64,000 nucleotides of DNA from Macrostomum lignano. Taxonomy: Eukaryota. The stretch lies in assembly GCA_002269645.1 (NCBI GenBank), contig NIVC01001258.1, positions 62,001-126,000 of the forward strand, given 5' to 3'. Below are positions 33,250-47,031 of this stretch, piece by piece (position 1 is the first letter of the stretch; every line of letters begins with the position of its first letter). A program made the position numbers and the translations under genes. The notes below the pieces were generated by a model. That model worked only from the letters and a program-made list of their open reading frames with translations, was not told where the DNA came from and did no database searches.

Positions 33250-36200
33250 GTCAATAGGCTTGTTACTAAGAAATTTTCAAAAACAATCTGATGTTAAACA
33301 ATGGGATATTATAATAACCCTCCTATGCTATGATATTGCTGTGTCAACTTTAATAAATAACACAAGAAGGCTTTTTCTAAATGTCTAAAATGATTGATTC
33401 ACATTCCATACTTAAAAATAAACTCAAGCCAGTTGTTTTTCTTTCTTTCAAGGTAGGTATTGTCTATCAATACCATTGCTTTATTGATAAATTTTACATG
33501 TATATAGGGACAACAAAGTGACTCCTTTGTACAAGAGCAAAAGAATACTAGCTAAAAAGTTCTACAATTTGAGATCACTTGTTAAGTTATATTGCATATT
33601 GCCTATAGAAATGGGGTACCTTTCATAAAAAACTATTGAGCCTATCCTTCTCAAGCCCCTCCTATATTGCTACATGTAAAACAGACCTACAATCCTTTCT
33701 TGACAGAATAAAAACTATAAGTCCTATTTGGAAGAAGCAGTACTCAAGAGACTACCTTTTGAAACTAAACCTTAGGCCTCAAGAAATATATAAAATAAAT
33801 AATTCTATCAAAAAGATTCTTGAGCACCTAGGAATACTTAAGCAAAGTACACTTTGTACACTTACAGTAAGTAGCTAGAATATTGCTGGCTTAATCACTT
33901 TAAAGAATTCAGTAGCTATACCAAAACTGAGCCTCATAGAAGAAAACTTTTTAAACATGACATTTGTTGCTTACAAGAAACCTGGATTATGGACACAATT
34001 AGGCAGAGTAAATTTTTAGAGTGTGAAGAAACTATTAAAAGACTACAGACTAGTGCTTTCATCAGCCTATAAACTACCAAACATCACTGAAGGTAGACCT
34101 TCTGGTGGGCTAATCATTGCAAATAAAAAATCATTAGAAAGTTCTTTTTAAATAAATCAAATTGCAAATGAATGTAAAAACTTTCTTATACTATCATTTG
34201 AACACATTCTTGACAAATGAAAAAGTTTCATAATTATAAATACCTATATACAACAACCAATAGCATCCAAGTATTATAACAACAATATTTGGCACAAACT
34301 CGACACACTCCTAGATAGGCTCTGCAATAGAGAAAATGTTATCCTTATTAGAGACTTTTATGCACACACACATAATGACCAAAATATACAAACTATTAAT
34401 CATATAAAGAGTAGAAATATTGCTGACAAACGAGCTACAAGTAAAGATACAAAAATTGCAAAAATGGTCAAATTATCACAAATACCAAATATTTACACAT
34501 AGTAAATGGAAGATCAATCTTTGACTCTGATGGAGATTACACTTTTAAAACAAATAAGGGACTATCAGTCATAGACCTATGTTTCATCTCAAGTAACATG
34601 CTCCAACATTTTATGGATTTCAAGGTCAATGATAGCACAATATTTAGTGATCATAACCAAATTGTACTAACACTAACAAACATCTTCACAGTAGAAAAGA
34701 AGGTCAACAACATTCCTAAACAAAAGATAGGTAAAAAAATCCTTGTTTTTGAGAAAAATATGTGAACTAAATGATTATTGAAGACAAGAATTACATCAAA
34801 AACCCAAGATAACTCTGAAAAATAATTGAGCCTGGCACAGAGCAGTAGTAATATAAACAAAAGTTTCACACAAGAACTCATTATGTATCTTAAATCTCTA
34901 CAAAAATTGATCAAATACGAGTGCAAAGACTCAATCTCCAATACTATGCCTGATTGGCTTAAAGGCATCAGAAATGCCTTTAAACATTCATGTAAGATAT
35001 TAAATGTTTCCTACTGACGATAACCTCAAGGAGAAAAGAGAAAAAAAGAAGAATCTATGAGAGGCATATAAAAGCATGGAAACACAAACTAGTACTAACC
35101 AAAGAAAACAGAATCAATCAAGCTTTTCTAAGGAATGAACCAAATTTTATTAGAGCTCCTTTGGACACTCATTAAACCACCTGATTGCTCTCTAAATAAA
35201 ACATTTATAAGCAGAGATTTTATGGATCATTTTAGAAAGCTCACTATAGAAAGCAATGTCAATATAAGGCTTATATATGATCTGTACTTAGAGAAACCAG
35301 TAATAAAAAACCTGGACAGTTTCAATGCTCCCTTCACAACAGAAGAAGTTAAGAAGCATATAAAGAAACTAAAAACTGACAAACAGCTGGAAAAGATCAA
35401 ATTTACACCGAGACATAATTTTTGAAGATCAATTGACAGATACTTTATGTTCACTATTCAACAAAATCATAGAACATAGAAAGTTCCTAATAGACTAGAT
35501 AACAAATACTTTGCACCAAATATACAAAAACAAAGATAGCACAAGTGACCCAAACAATTACAGTTCTTTTTGAGATCTACATTAACGATATAATAGAGTA
35601 CTTAGAATTAACTTGCACTAGCAACCACCTGATCAAAGCATCATATCGGCACATTCTGCTCTTTGCTGACAATCAAGCAGTCTTAGCAAAAACCAAGATG
35701 GACTTACAAAGCATGTTTAGAAACATGGAGACTTACTGCAAACAAAACTACTAAAAAGTGAATGCTAGCAAAACAAAGTACATGCAGGTATGCTCAGGGA
35801 AGAGAAAAACAAAAGCAAAAAAGGAAGATAGACAGCTAAACACAGATCAGATAGTCTATGCTTAGCAAGAAATCGAAGAAATGCATGAATTTAAGTACTT
35901 AGGAGTTATCTTTGAACCAGAAAATAGTTTCTAAAAATGTATTGCTTATCAAATCAAACAAGACTGCTCAGCTATGTTCTCATTACTATACAAAGTTAAA
36001 GACACGTCCTCCCTAGACATTATGCTCATCAAACGGCTCTTTAACACCCTTGTTAAACCTGTTGTATCTTATGGATGTGAAATCTAGGGACCTCTGGCTA
36101 CCCTATCTAAGCTAAAAGATATAGACTCAATCCAAACAAATTTCTACAAACACCTACTCAACCTACCAAAACATGTTAGTAACAGTATGATTCTTGCAGA

Positions 36201-36800
36201 ACTCAATATCTTACCTATCTTATACCATATTTTTAAAATGTACCTATATACTAGCTCAAGTTGGGGCACAAAAAACTCAACAATACTACTATTGAAATTT
36301 TTGAGTCAAGCAGCAGTGTGAACAACCCTTGAAAAGCAAATGTCATAAAAAAACCACAAAGTATAAACCTGGAATACATGACCTCAATGAACCCTAGCCA
36401 AAGTTTTAATGAGGATAAATCAATCCTAAAAAGAGAGCTAAAACAAAATTGGGAAAAAGAACTAGGGGTGAAATTGGAAGAACAAAGTCATTCAAAATAT
36501 TTTAAGCATGCCCTTAAATACAAAATGACTCACAGACCCGAGTTGCAAACTTACTTCCCAGGTGTCTTTAGAAACAAAAAGTTTCTAACAACCACGTTAA
36601 AGTTAAAGTGTGAATTCTTACCTGGAAAATTTGTACAGGAATTGTGTAGGTTGTGTGGTAAAGAAACTGGAAATGACATACTACACTATGTTGCTGAGTG
36701 TTCTAAATTGATTGAATAGTGTCTATAATTTACTACTCAAGTCTTTTGAACTGTTTGTCTTTTCTTTTGTTGTTAAAAAAAAAACAAAAAAAACTTGTCT
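33250..36800 (+). mobile_element. Decayed non-LTR retrotransposon (APE endonuclease plus RT; L2/CR1-group-like)
   Basis: Broken frames give HDICCLQE, GRPSGGLII, GDYTF...SVIDL, SDHNQIVL (APE); FNAPFTTEEVKKHIKKLK, DPNNY, FEIYINDI, LLFADN, EFKYLGVIF, KPVVSYGCEI (RT); CRLCGKETGNDILHYVAEC (C-terminal Zn motif); A-rich end near 36780. Many stops and frameshifts; clade and 5' limit uncertain. Confidence 0.82.
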
Positions 36801-39800
36801 TGTTATTTATTGTTATTTTTATTTGCAATCATTTTAAAACTAGACTTTTAAAACTTTTTAAAACTTTTAAAACTAAACTAGACTAGATCTTAGGACAAAA
36901 ACTAATCTCAAATATATAGTTCTTACTGGCCAAACAAGCTATTTGTCTAAGCCAATTTATTACTACTACTACTACTTTTTTTAATTGAGAGTTGCAATCT
37001 TTTAAATTTATGTTTTCCAAACCAAATGATCCAGTGACCAGTGAATAGGCTATCTCTACTTTTCTCATGGTTAGATTTTCATAAGGATTCTTTATAGCCT
37101 TATGTGTTTATGTGTTTGAATATTCTGGGACAAGTCAAAATGATCTGCACAAAAAGAAAATAATAAAATTAGTTTGATTTCTTTTCTTAAACATATTAGG
37201 GCCTAATCTTTTGACAAAAATTATTAATATGTCTACGAAATATAAATCTTAACAAAATAACTACAAGCTAAGCCTAATATTATGAAGTGCCTACTATCAC
37301 TAAAATAACTATACTTATGAAATCTTTAATTTTTCATCAAAAATTAAGTATGTCAATCACAAAAGCAACTTGTTACCAAAATGACTATTTGTCACTGAAA
37401 TGTCTGTCACTGAAATGACTAGTAGCCTACCCAGCTAGAGAACTATTCTATTCTAATAATACCACAAAATCTAAATGGACCTTGTGCCTGCGCTTATACA
37501 TTTAGAAGTCTATTAGTTATAGTTATAGGCATAGGTCTAACTCTAAGGCTAATAAAGAAGTTTACATTTATATGGTAAATGAATATAGAAAAATATGTAA
37601 ATATTATAAATTGTAGTAGGCCTAGCAGCCTAACAAATTTATAGCTAGGCCTAGAAGACTTCCAACTATATCTATATGGCATAACCATAAACCCAGAGGG
37701 CAGAGGCCAGAGCCAACTAAGTTATTTTTACTTAGAGCTAGAGAGGCAAATTTCATTAGGCCTATAATATAACAATGACTAAAAAAACAATAAAACAGTA
37801 TTCAAATTAAATAACAAACTTAAATTAATGTTGAATGAAACTTTAACTTTAAAATTTTATTTAATATTTATTAAGACTAGGGCTAGGCCTAATACACACA
37901 CACAAGGCATAGGCATAGACTATGCAGTATGCGATGCATGCCCTAGTAGTAGTAGTAGTAGTAAATTTGGCTCAGGCTTAAGGAGCCTGTTTTGCCAGTA
38001 TAATCCGATGTATTTAGTATTTGTTCAAAATGTTAAATTTTTACACGAGTTACGATGCGAGTTACGGGCTAGGCCGCTAGGGGGTAGTTCTCAAATTAAG
38101 GTCATGATGTTTTGGTACAGAAAAAAAAGTTTTTGAATAAAGTAATTATTTTGCAAAAACGATTCTTTCGTCAATTTAATTAAAAAACTGCCGTTAAAAC
38201 CACAAGAAACCAAATATTTAAGACGAAATCTAGCAATTTGTTATTTTTCGCAACGGAAAATAAAACGACCAAAAATTGTGAAATAATGCAAGTTTTCTTT
38301 TATTTTTTTATAAATTAGATACATCTTTTATTCTATGTTTACTATTTAATAAGTATTATTTCAATAGAAAATGTTATTTTTAAATCAACATTTTGTTTTT
38401 TTTGTATAAATTGCTTGTATTTAAAATTATCGCGTAACAAGAAACACCCGAAATAATTGATATTGTACCACTCAAGAATTTAATATTGTACTTAAACACC
38501 GAAATATGATGCTTAAAATATACAAAACTGGTTTAGCTAAAAATTAGGCTTGCAAAATATGTCTTTTAAAGCATTAAAAGTTTTTTTGAATTAGAATATA
38601 TATAGTAAACGAGCTAGGAAGCCATTTCTTTTAAAACCTAAAATGCATGTATCTTTTTTCGAACAGACTTGCGTTTTTTTTAAAAATAATTCAGCAAGCA
38701 TTTATATTCTGCAACATAGCTTTAATACTATTTTACTATTTTACTATACTATTTTCTTATGCTGCATAACTACTAAAAGAACAGCTTATAAATTTAAATT
38801 AAATACTTTGGTCTTGGTAAGTTAATTAGCCTATTACAGACGTCTGACTCGGCAGCCACATGGATCACTGCAATTGCTCTGGCGAACCTCTGTAATCGAT
38901 TCTGGCCCTGCACTAGCTGTCATGCTCGGTATACAATTCGTCTCATTTGATAAATTACGTCGATGCCTGCAGAACTAACCACATCCAAAGGACCACTGCA
39001 CATCTTAGCATTGTGGCACATACAATGATGCTGGTGTTCTGGCAGAGAAACAGGTAAAAGTGCAGCAAATGGCATTACATATCCGTCCGAGAGGTGTGCA
39101 GTTTACAGTGCTTTAGCCAATTGGGTCAGTAGAATTAAATCGATCACATTAGAATAAAAGTAGATGTTCGCTGTACATGTAACAAACCAATAGCAAGACA
39201 CTATTGGATGTCTTTCCCTTTTACTGATGCTCGTACATCAGCTGGCTGTCTCCACAGGCCACAGCTCATCGCATTCTCTGTTAACCGCCGCTTCAGTGCT
39301 GTCAGCCGCACTTAACTGTGTCTGGCCTCGGTATATAGAGTCAGTCCCAATGGAAAATCATCATCTAAAACATATCTAAAGCGTAATTGTCAATCGAAGA
39401 GTAATATAAAATATAGTATGTCTGTTATGGTACTGCCATGACTAATCTGTTAAACACTTCACAAATTCGTGTGGCAGCACTCTGTAGAGATTCCATCTTT
39501 CTGTACCATATTTAATATTACATTGCCAGCATCAATGGCAATTAAGTTTTTTCTTTTGTCTTTTTTCTTGTTAGTAGCTATATGCATCCAAAGGTGGAAA
39601 GTATCAACTGAATGTTTAAGTTGCTACATATATATCTTTAATGAATTGCAGAACATATGAGAATGAATTTAATGTTTCAAAGAAATTAATTTTTTGTGCT
39701 TCAGACAGCTAATTTCATAGATAATAAATCAGATGCAAAATTGTTTTTATACTATTTCTTGACTAATCAAATCATGCAACTTTTTTATTATTCGTTACTC

Positions 39801-42304
39801 TTATTTTCTTTTCAGTTTCTACTACCTCTTGTTTTGACTCATTATGTTTACTTGTAACTTACAATACAAATTTTAAATCAGTTAAAAAAATTGTGTGAAA
39901 ACAACAAAAAACGACTGTTTTTAAGAGAAAAATAGTCAATTTTATCTACATAAATGAAATTCTGTTTGTTCTGACTAACATATTGGGTGATTAATAGCAA
40001 AAATTCATCTAAATACGAGCGTACATAAAAAACATCCAAAAAACCTAACAATATGCTGAGAAATTTTTTTTTCATAACTAGAGACAAAAAAGTGGTACTT
40101 TTTCTCATCCCACAGATGAGGACTTTAAATTAAAATAACTTTGGTGCTACTTGCTTTGTTGTAGTCAGCGAAATCTCTCTTTGTTAGGTTAATTTTGTGC
40201 TATTGAAAAAAACTTAAAATTGAATTTATTTAACTTTTCTTTTTTAATATAGAATGAAACTGCCTTAATTGATACTTTAGTGTTAGATATGACTATCTTT
40301 CTTAAAAAAACAGCAGAAAACGCAGCTATTAGCTTATTCTATCAACAGAACAAATTAATTAAAAGTGCATTTTTTAATCATTCATAATGTTACGTTTCTA
40401 GCAAAAATCGAAATAGCAACATCTGCTTTGCAATCGAAAGAGTTAAATGGGTTCTAGGTTGTGTTAACCAAAGTTATAAATAAAATTTATCAATTTTCTT
40501 CTTTAATAAGACCACGTGAACAGAATGTAGCTTCTCTAAAGTGGGTATTATAGCTCGTGCGATAATAAAAATATATATCGAAAAATGAAATAGCGCACTC
40601 TGATGAGATTAACATCAAAAGTTCAATGTTAAAAAAGATTAAGACCCATGAGAGGCATATATTTTTTAAGTCCTTTTAGAGCTAAAATAAGAAAAGATTC
40701 AATATTTCAGGCTGATTTTCAAAAATATTTGTTTCACTGCTTACGACTAAACTTTGAGAACGACCCTAGGCCCTATTTCAAAAATCACATAGACCTAGCT
40801 GTCTTCTACTATATAAGAGTAAGTTTATTAAGTCTTAGAAATTACATTAGCTTTTAGCTTAAGGCGAAGCACTAAAACTGCATACGCGAATAAAATATAG
40901 CCATTCGGATTGAGTTGATGATTACATTAACAGAGTACATTATCCAGCGAGTATAAATTGGAATTGAAGGAGTGCTTCACATCCGAGGTTCTTGGGGTTA
41001 AAGAACTTAGTAAATTTTAATTATTTCACGTAATTTTTAACTTTTACATAAACCTAAACAGAAGCAACTAATTTCGGAAAACAATAAGTTAGCCTGCATA
41101 ACATTAACAATAGTTATAACTGTGTTACAGAAATTGATTTGACGGTCAAGGACTTGATACAATTTTTTAAACGAAAACTTCGTCACGTCTGCATCGTTTC
41201 TTAGAACGCAAGCCTTATTGGCCTAATTTTGCCTCTACTTTTATTTTGTTAGCTTAAATTAGTGCTCTTCCTTTTTATAGCTCTTAGTTTTGGGGGATTT
41301 TACTTCCATAGTTATTGGGCGGCTGGGTCGAATATACTCTACTGGTCGTAATTATAGATTTCTATTATCTGGACTGTTGTTCCATTATTTCTGTTAAAGA
41401 TAGGCCTAATTGCTCCTGACTCTGACTGGCATTTCTAATCGATTTAATTTTTTACTGACTTGTATTTCTTTTGATTATATTTTTATAGACCTATTTGCAA
41501 TTCGGCTATTTGTTTAGTGTAATATCCGAATTTCTTTATTATTTGTCATGATATTGATGGTATAATAAGAGGTGTCAAAATTTGAGATTTTGTTTGAGAC
41601 AATATTGAGACGTAAAATGGTTATAGGTCGGGAAATTCAAGACGAGATGAGATGAGGCACGAGGCAATTCTGAAAACCAATTTTTCGAATCTCAAATCAA
41701 ATAATAGATTCATAGACAACCTAAGTAAAAGAATGTAGGGGCCTATACACAAGCGGCAATCTTTTACTTTACTGGGTTTAATTTTTTAAATGGTTCTTTT
41801 TAAATTTTAGAACATAAAAAAAGTAGGAAGATAAAAGGTACAGGAAGTTGCCAAACTCCTTTCTAGGAAAGAGCCGGCACCAGAGATACTTGCTGAGATT
41901 GCTTTCACACAGAGCTTTGGAAGTGCCATGCATTGCCCGGAACTTTGCCTTGACATGGGCCCACGACCTCTCAATGGTGTTTGTGTGAATTGATGGGTCG
42001 TTAGGGTTGACAAAATGGAGTCAATGATTCACGACATCATGGTTCTGCAAGCTAGGCCTATTGTAGGCCTGGCATCCGTCAGTAATAATCCGAGTGCCTA
42101 GAAGAACGTGCTGCTAGATGATTGGTAGCAGCGTAGCAGCATCGCGCCTCAGGCACAATTGTAGTGGGTGCAGAGGGCCTTCCAGCCATCAGTAAGTTGG
42201 CTGAAATGAGAAATGCTGGCAGACAAAATGACTGCACACCTATTAAATGAAATGACCTAAAATTCAAATTGTTCAACATTTGCTAGAACTTAACCATTTT
42301 GAAA

Positions 42305-42630
42305 ATGGTAATGGCTAGAGTTCTAGCACTAGAACCCATTTTCTAATAGCTATAGATAGATCTAGCATTGGTATTCCACTAATTCTAGTAGTGCAGTTCA
42401 GTTTATGGGTATAATAGGGAGGCCTATAGCAGAAGCTTTTTACTTTTTTAATGGGTGGTTTATATTGAGATTTTGTTCAAGATAAGACCAAAATGAAACA
42501 ATGAGATTTAAAAGAAGATACTTCTAATGTTCAAAGATAACTAACAAAGATAACTGCCTGCCTACAAAAGACTGCAAGATCCATAGCCATTAGAAAATGG
42601 GTTCCAATATTGGAGCTCTAGCCATTGTCT
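42305..42630. mobile_element. MITE-like element with ~50-bp imperfect TIRs
   Basis: aatggctagagttctagcactagaacccattttctaatagctatagat (~42310-42357) versus atccatagccattagaaaatgggttccaatattggagctctagccatt (~42579-42626). TSD not identified. Confidence 0.6.
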
Positions 42631-44382
42631 TTGAAAATTGCCTTTAAAATAGACCTAATTGCTATAGACTTCAATATTTTTATACTTTAATACATACAAA
42701 AACAACTAATATTATATATAAATATAATAGAGAGCAAGAGAGAATGAGAAGAAAGGGAAAGAGAGAGAGGAGGGCGCCTCAAGCTTCCTATTGCATATTT
42801 AGTGTTGTAGCCAAAAATGTTTTTAGGTACTAACTAAACTAGTTTGTTAATGAAATAGACCATGGGCAAAACAGTCTAAAGGCAGTTTGTCTATAGGCCT
42901 AGCCAAAATGGTTTGGAAGCAAAGTGGCTAAAATTCTACTTTTTATTATATATAACATAATAAATAAAACATTGTCCTAGTTTCCTGCATTCAATTACTT
43001 TGACATAAATTTTGTATAAATGAACCAAGGCACATTTACTATAAGCACATTGTATACTTAAGACATTTGCAAGTCTAAACTGTGCAGGTTATAAAAATAG
43101 CATTAGTATAGTAATAATAGGTCATCTAATATAGGAGGTTTAAAGCACTTTTTATCTGGGTAGAGTTAGTACCAGAAGAACTTTTTAAGATAGAGTTAAA
43201 AGGATGTTACTAGTGCCATTTGTAGTATAAACTTTAGAGATAAACCTTATAGTAAACCTAATCAATAAATTTTCACTTTAATAAAACTTTAGTAATGCTT
43301 TAAGAAACTTATTTTAGGTCTTTTTTCATTTAGTTTTTTATATTATTTACACTTTAAACTATAAAGTGTATAACAATGCATATTAAACTTTTTTGAAAGA
43401 TGAAAAATTTTGCATAAAAGAAAGTTATTAATGATGTAAAAATTAATTTAAATTGGTATAATATAAAAGATAAACTTGAATTTTCATTACAATAAGCATC
43501 TATTATGATATAGACTATGGTATATACTAGGCCTATAAGATCTAGGCCTAAGTTGAAAAGGATTGTATTTATTTTATCAACTGTTATTTTATTCATCTAT
43601 CTACCAATTGAAGTAAATAGTCTTAGTAACTTTGTCAACTAGCTGATTATAAGATAAACAAAGTTAGTCACTGTTAACTATAAATCAAGCTAAATAGACT
43701 ATCAACTTACTATCTCTCATCCTCTGTGATCAAGTAATAATTGTATAGACAACTGTATATAAGCAGTATTTAATCATCAAATTAAGAAAAAAATAGAATC
43801 TACTATCATAGCAAGCAAACAGATTGAATTTGATTAGAACTACCTAGAGGCTCTTCATATTGAACCAAAACCAATTTGTAAAGTATAACTTTTTGTCTCC
43901 TAAACTAAAGGGATAGTAGTACTTTAAAATTGTTATTATTAAATGGCAATAGCCAAGAAGAAAGTGAAAAATTGTGCAAAGTGAGCCTGTTAAGGCAGTC
44001 AAACATTCAGTTAAATAGTTATACTGCTTTTTTTTCTTGGAAATCCAAACCGATTCTGGTTCTAGAATCGATTGCCATGAAGAGGCTCCTAGTTGTAAAA
44101 GCTGCAAGATATGTGTATGCAATTGCTTTTGAACAAAGGACACAGTGGAAATCTGTCTGTTTACAATTATTTTGGATTTAACTTTTGAATGATAAGAACT
44201 TGAGGATAGGCATATGCTATTAGACTGCTACTATGAGAATAGCATGGGGCCAGTCAGACAAAACTTGACTTCTGCTTGGCCATATAAACATATCCTTACA
44301 AAAAGGACTTGTTCAATATGCATTGGCAAAAGGAGGTTCTTAAGTTGAAATTTTGCAAACTTCTTAGTGAGCTAGACTTTGA

Positions 44383-44660
44383 CCCTATTGCAGCGCATGG
44401 CTTAAGTACGCCAGACGCCTACACAACCTGCGCCACGCTGTGAAATGACTTACCTGTGAAAGAAACCTAAAGCAAAGTTAACACAGTTTTGGGTAAACGG
44501 CAGGAGTAACTATGACTGTCTTATCAAGCCTAAATGCCTCGGCATCTAATTAGTACTGCGCCGCGCCGTACTAATCGCCGCGCGCGTATGCGCCGCGCCG
44601 CGCCGTATTAGATCCGCGCCGGACGCCGTCCGCCAAAATGCCCATGCGCTGCAATCAGGG
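44383..44660. mobile_element. ~280-bp TIR element with 7-8-bp TSD carrying a 28S rRNA-like segment
   Basis: TIR ccct-attgcagcgcatgg (44383-44400) / ccatgcgctgcaatcaggg (44642-44660); direct repeat (g)actttga at 44375-44382 and 44660-44667; CpG-rich interior. Confidence 0.75.
44491..44554 (+). pseudogene. 64-nt fragment similar to eukaryotic 28S rRNA (helix 69-71 region); not an rRNA gene
   Basis: gggtaaacggcaggagtaactatgactgtcttatcaagcctaaatgcctcggcatctaattagt versus the conserved 28S sequence GGGTAAACGGCGGGAGTAACTATGACTCTCTTAAGGTAGCCAAATGCCTCGTCATCTAATTAGT (recalled): 54/64 identities, ungapped. Confidence 0.8.
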
Positions 44661-44879
44661 ACTTTGATAGCACCCCCATTCACCTTCAAGTCCCTGAACT
44701 TTCACCACAATTGCATATTCATTTTGTGCATCATGTAAAATCGAGATTTTTATCTAATCCACATTGCTTTAGTATGTTACACAATTATAAATGTACTCTA
44801 CCATGATTCTTTCACTTCAGCCATTTGGGCTCCATCTCAGAAGCAAACTCAACAGCATAGCAGTCCTCAGCTAGACAAA

Positions 44880-45518
44880 ATGAATATTTTCCGACTAGTT
44901 GGTGACATGTCCCATCTGGGCGCCATCATCTTGCTGTTATTGAAAATGTGGAAAAGTCGCTCAGTGTCCGGAATCTCTGGCAAGTCTCAGATGTGCTTCT
45001 GTCTGGTTTTCATCACTCGCTACCTGGATCTGTTCACCACATTTGTCAGCCTGTACAACACCCTGATGAAGGTGTTCTTTATCGGGTCCAGCGTCGCTAC
45101 GCTCTATCTGATGTACTTCAAGTTCAAAGCAACCTACGACTCCAATCACGATTCGTTCCGCTTGGAATTCACCGTGATACCCTGCGCCCTGCTTGCCCTG
45201 ATTGTTAATCACGAATTCTCTGTGCTGGAGATTCTCTGGACTTTCAGCATCTACCTAGAGTCTGTTGCTATCCTGCCGCAACTGTTCCTCATCACTAAAA
45301 CTGGGGAAGCTGAGACGATCACTTCGCACTACCTGTTCGCCCTGGGCGCCTATCGTGGTCTGTACATTCTGAACTGGATCTACCGCTACTATGCCGAGAA
45401 CTTCTTTGATCTTATCGCCATCGTGGCTGGCTGTGTCCAAACCTGCCTATACGGCGACTTCTTCTACCTGTACGTCACCAAAGTGCTCAAAGGCCGCAGC
45501 ATCAGTTTGCCAGCCTAA
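44880..45518 (+). CDS. KDELR: ER lumen protein-retaining (KDEL) receptor, ERD2, 212 aa, single coding exon
   Basis: [13 protein letters not shown]...GISGKSQ...RYLDLF...[17 protein letters not shown]...[29 protein letters not shown]...DFFYLY; AATAAA at ~45673. Confidence 0.98.
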   Translation: MNIFRLVGDMSHLGAIILLLLKMWKSRSVSGISGKSQMCFCLVFITRYLDLFTTFVSLYNTLMKVFFIGSSVATLYLMYFKFKATYDSNHDSFRLEFTVIPCALLALIVNHEFSVLEILWTFSIYLESVAILPQLFLITKTGEAETITSHYLFALGAYRGLYILNWIYRYYAENFFDLIAIVAGCVQTCLYGDFFYLYVTKVLKGRSISLPA

Positions 45519-46609
45519 ATTATATATAAAGAACGAACACTGAAACCAATAATACCTAGTTTTGAAACTATATATTATCTTGATTGATTAATTAATCAAT
45601 TTATTGTGTACTAATTATAGGTGAGTAGGTTAATTCGCGAGAATAATAAGTTGTTGACTTTTAGAGTAAAAAAAATAAAATACATTTTTCAATTTTAATG
45701 TTCGCTGTACTACTCTAAGCAATAGACTGAAGCAATTCATTTTATTAACTATTTTGAAATGCACTCAAACAAAACTTTTTTGGTGCCAGAAGAATTTCTC
45801 ATTGTGTTGCTGTTGTGTTCAAATTTAATAATAGAAATCTTTTGCTGAAAAAGCAATAAGCAAAAAAACAAGGATCTACCGCGCATCGCCTTGCAAGCCT
45901 TTTGCCCCTAAATATTCGGTGATTCTTTTTTGTGTCCCATTGTCTGTTCTTGTTAGCACCATTTCACTACTGTAGAGTAGTAGTGAGTGAGATTCTTTGA
46001 CTTACGGAAGTCAGTTGAAACTGGGCAATCATATTTATGAGATAGTTCTGTAGGCATTCACGGTCTGATTTAGAATCTATTTGAAGAATTGTTTTTTGAA
46101 ATTTCTCTATGTCATGTCCTGTGTTTTATGTTTTTATTATTTACTATTGTTATTATTATATTGCTAATTTGGTGGTGACTTGGAGATTCCCGCCGCATGC
46201 TTATCAGTGTTGAATGTGTTTTAATTGACTTTACTTTATCCCTTTCTGCTTCTGCCCCTTCTCTGCTTGGAACTGTTGAGCGCTTTTCTTGTTTTTTTGT
46301 CTTCTTCAAATTGTTAATCATTTTTAATAGTAATAATTCTTGTATTGAATTGTCTTCTTCGTCTGCTTTTGTGGCTGCTTTTTTATTATAAAACTAGTTA
46401 CATATTTATTTTCATTTAGGGTGGCGAGACCATTTAACATGCTTTCCTTTGTCTTTTCTTCTCTTGTTTGTTTGTTTTTTAAGCTCTGTGTCTGCGGTTT
46501 TGCACACAAGGATCACTAGGGCTGGGAGAAGCCTGTGCTAGCTGTGTAGCAAATTTATTAACATAGCGGGAAATTCTCTGCGATTCTGATTTGATTTTTT
46601 TAAAGATTT

Positions 46610-46740
46610 CCATGGGGAATTACTTGAAAATTCTCAATGGGAATTTCTATAATATTCTCATGGGCAATTTTTATAAGATTCTCATGGGGAATTCCTATAA
46701 AATCCTCATGGGGAATTCCTATAACATTTTAATGAAAAAT
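46610..46740. repeat. Degenerate ~23-bp tandem repeat
   Basis: attctcatgggaattcctataa-like units, about 5 copies. Confidence 0.6.
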
Positions 46741-46977
46741 TCCTCTATGATCCATATTCCCTACTGAAAGTGGAATATGAAAATAAGCCCCTAGTTTCAC
46801 TGAATAATATTAGAATATTAGCTATATTTATTCATATTTGGCATAAGTATTTAAAGCGTTAAATTCTCTCTAACTTGTGAAGTGGTCCTTGAGGTTATAA
46901 TGATATGAAAAATTAGTAAATTGACTTCATTATCACCTTCTTCATCGCTAGGTTCTGCTGTTCCTAACTCGGCTAGT

Positions 46978-47031
<54 letters not shown>

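Noticed and set aside
38850-39400. Cys-rich minus-strand fragments faintly like transposon-associated P2X7-C-terminal-type proteins
   Set aside because: Needs several frameshifts; motif match too weak without a search.
44448-44457. gacttacctg, resembling the U1 snRNA 5' end
   Set aside because: Only 9 nt match; no U1 stem-loops or Sm site follow. It is simply a donor-like CAG|GTAAGT on the minus strand.
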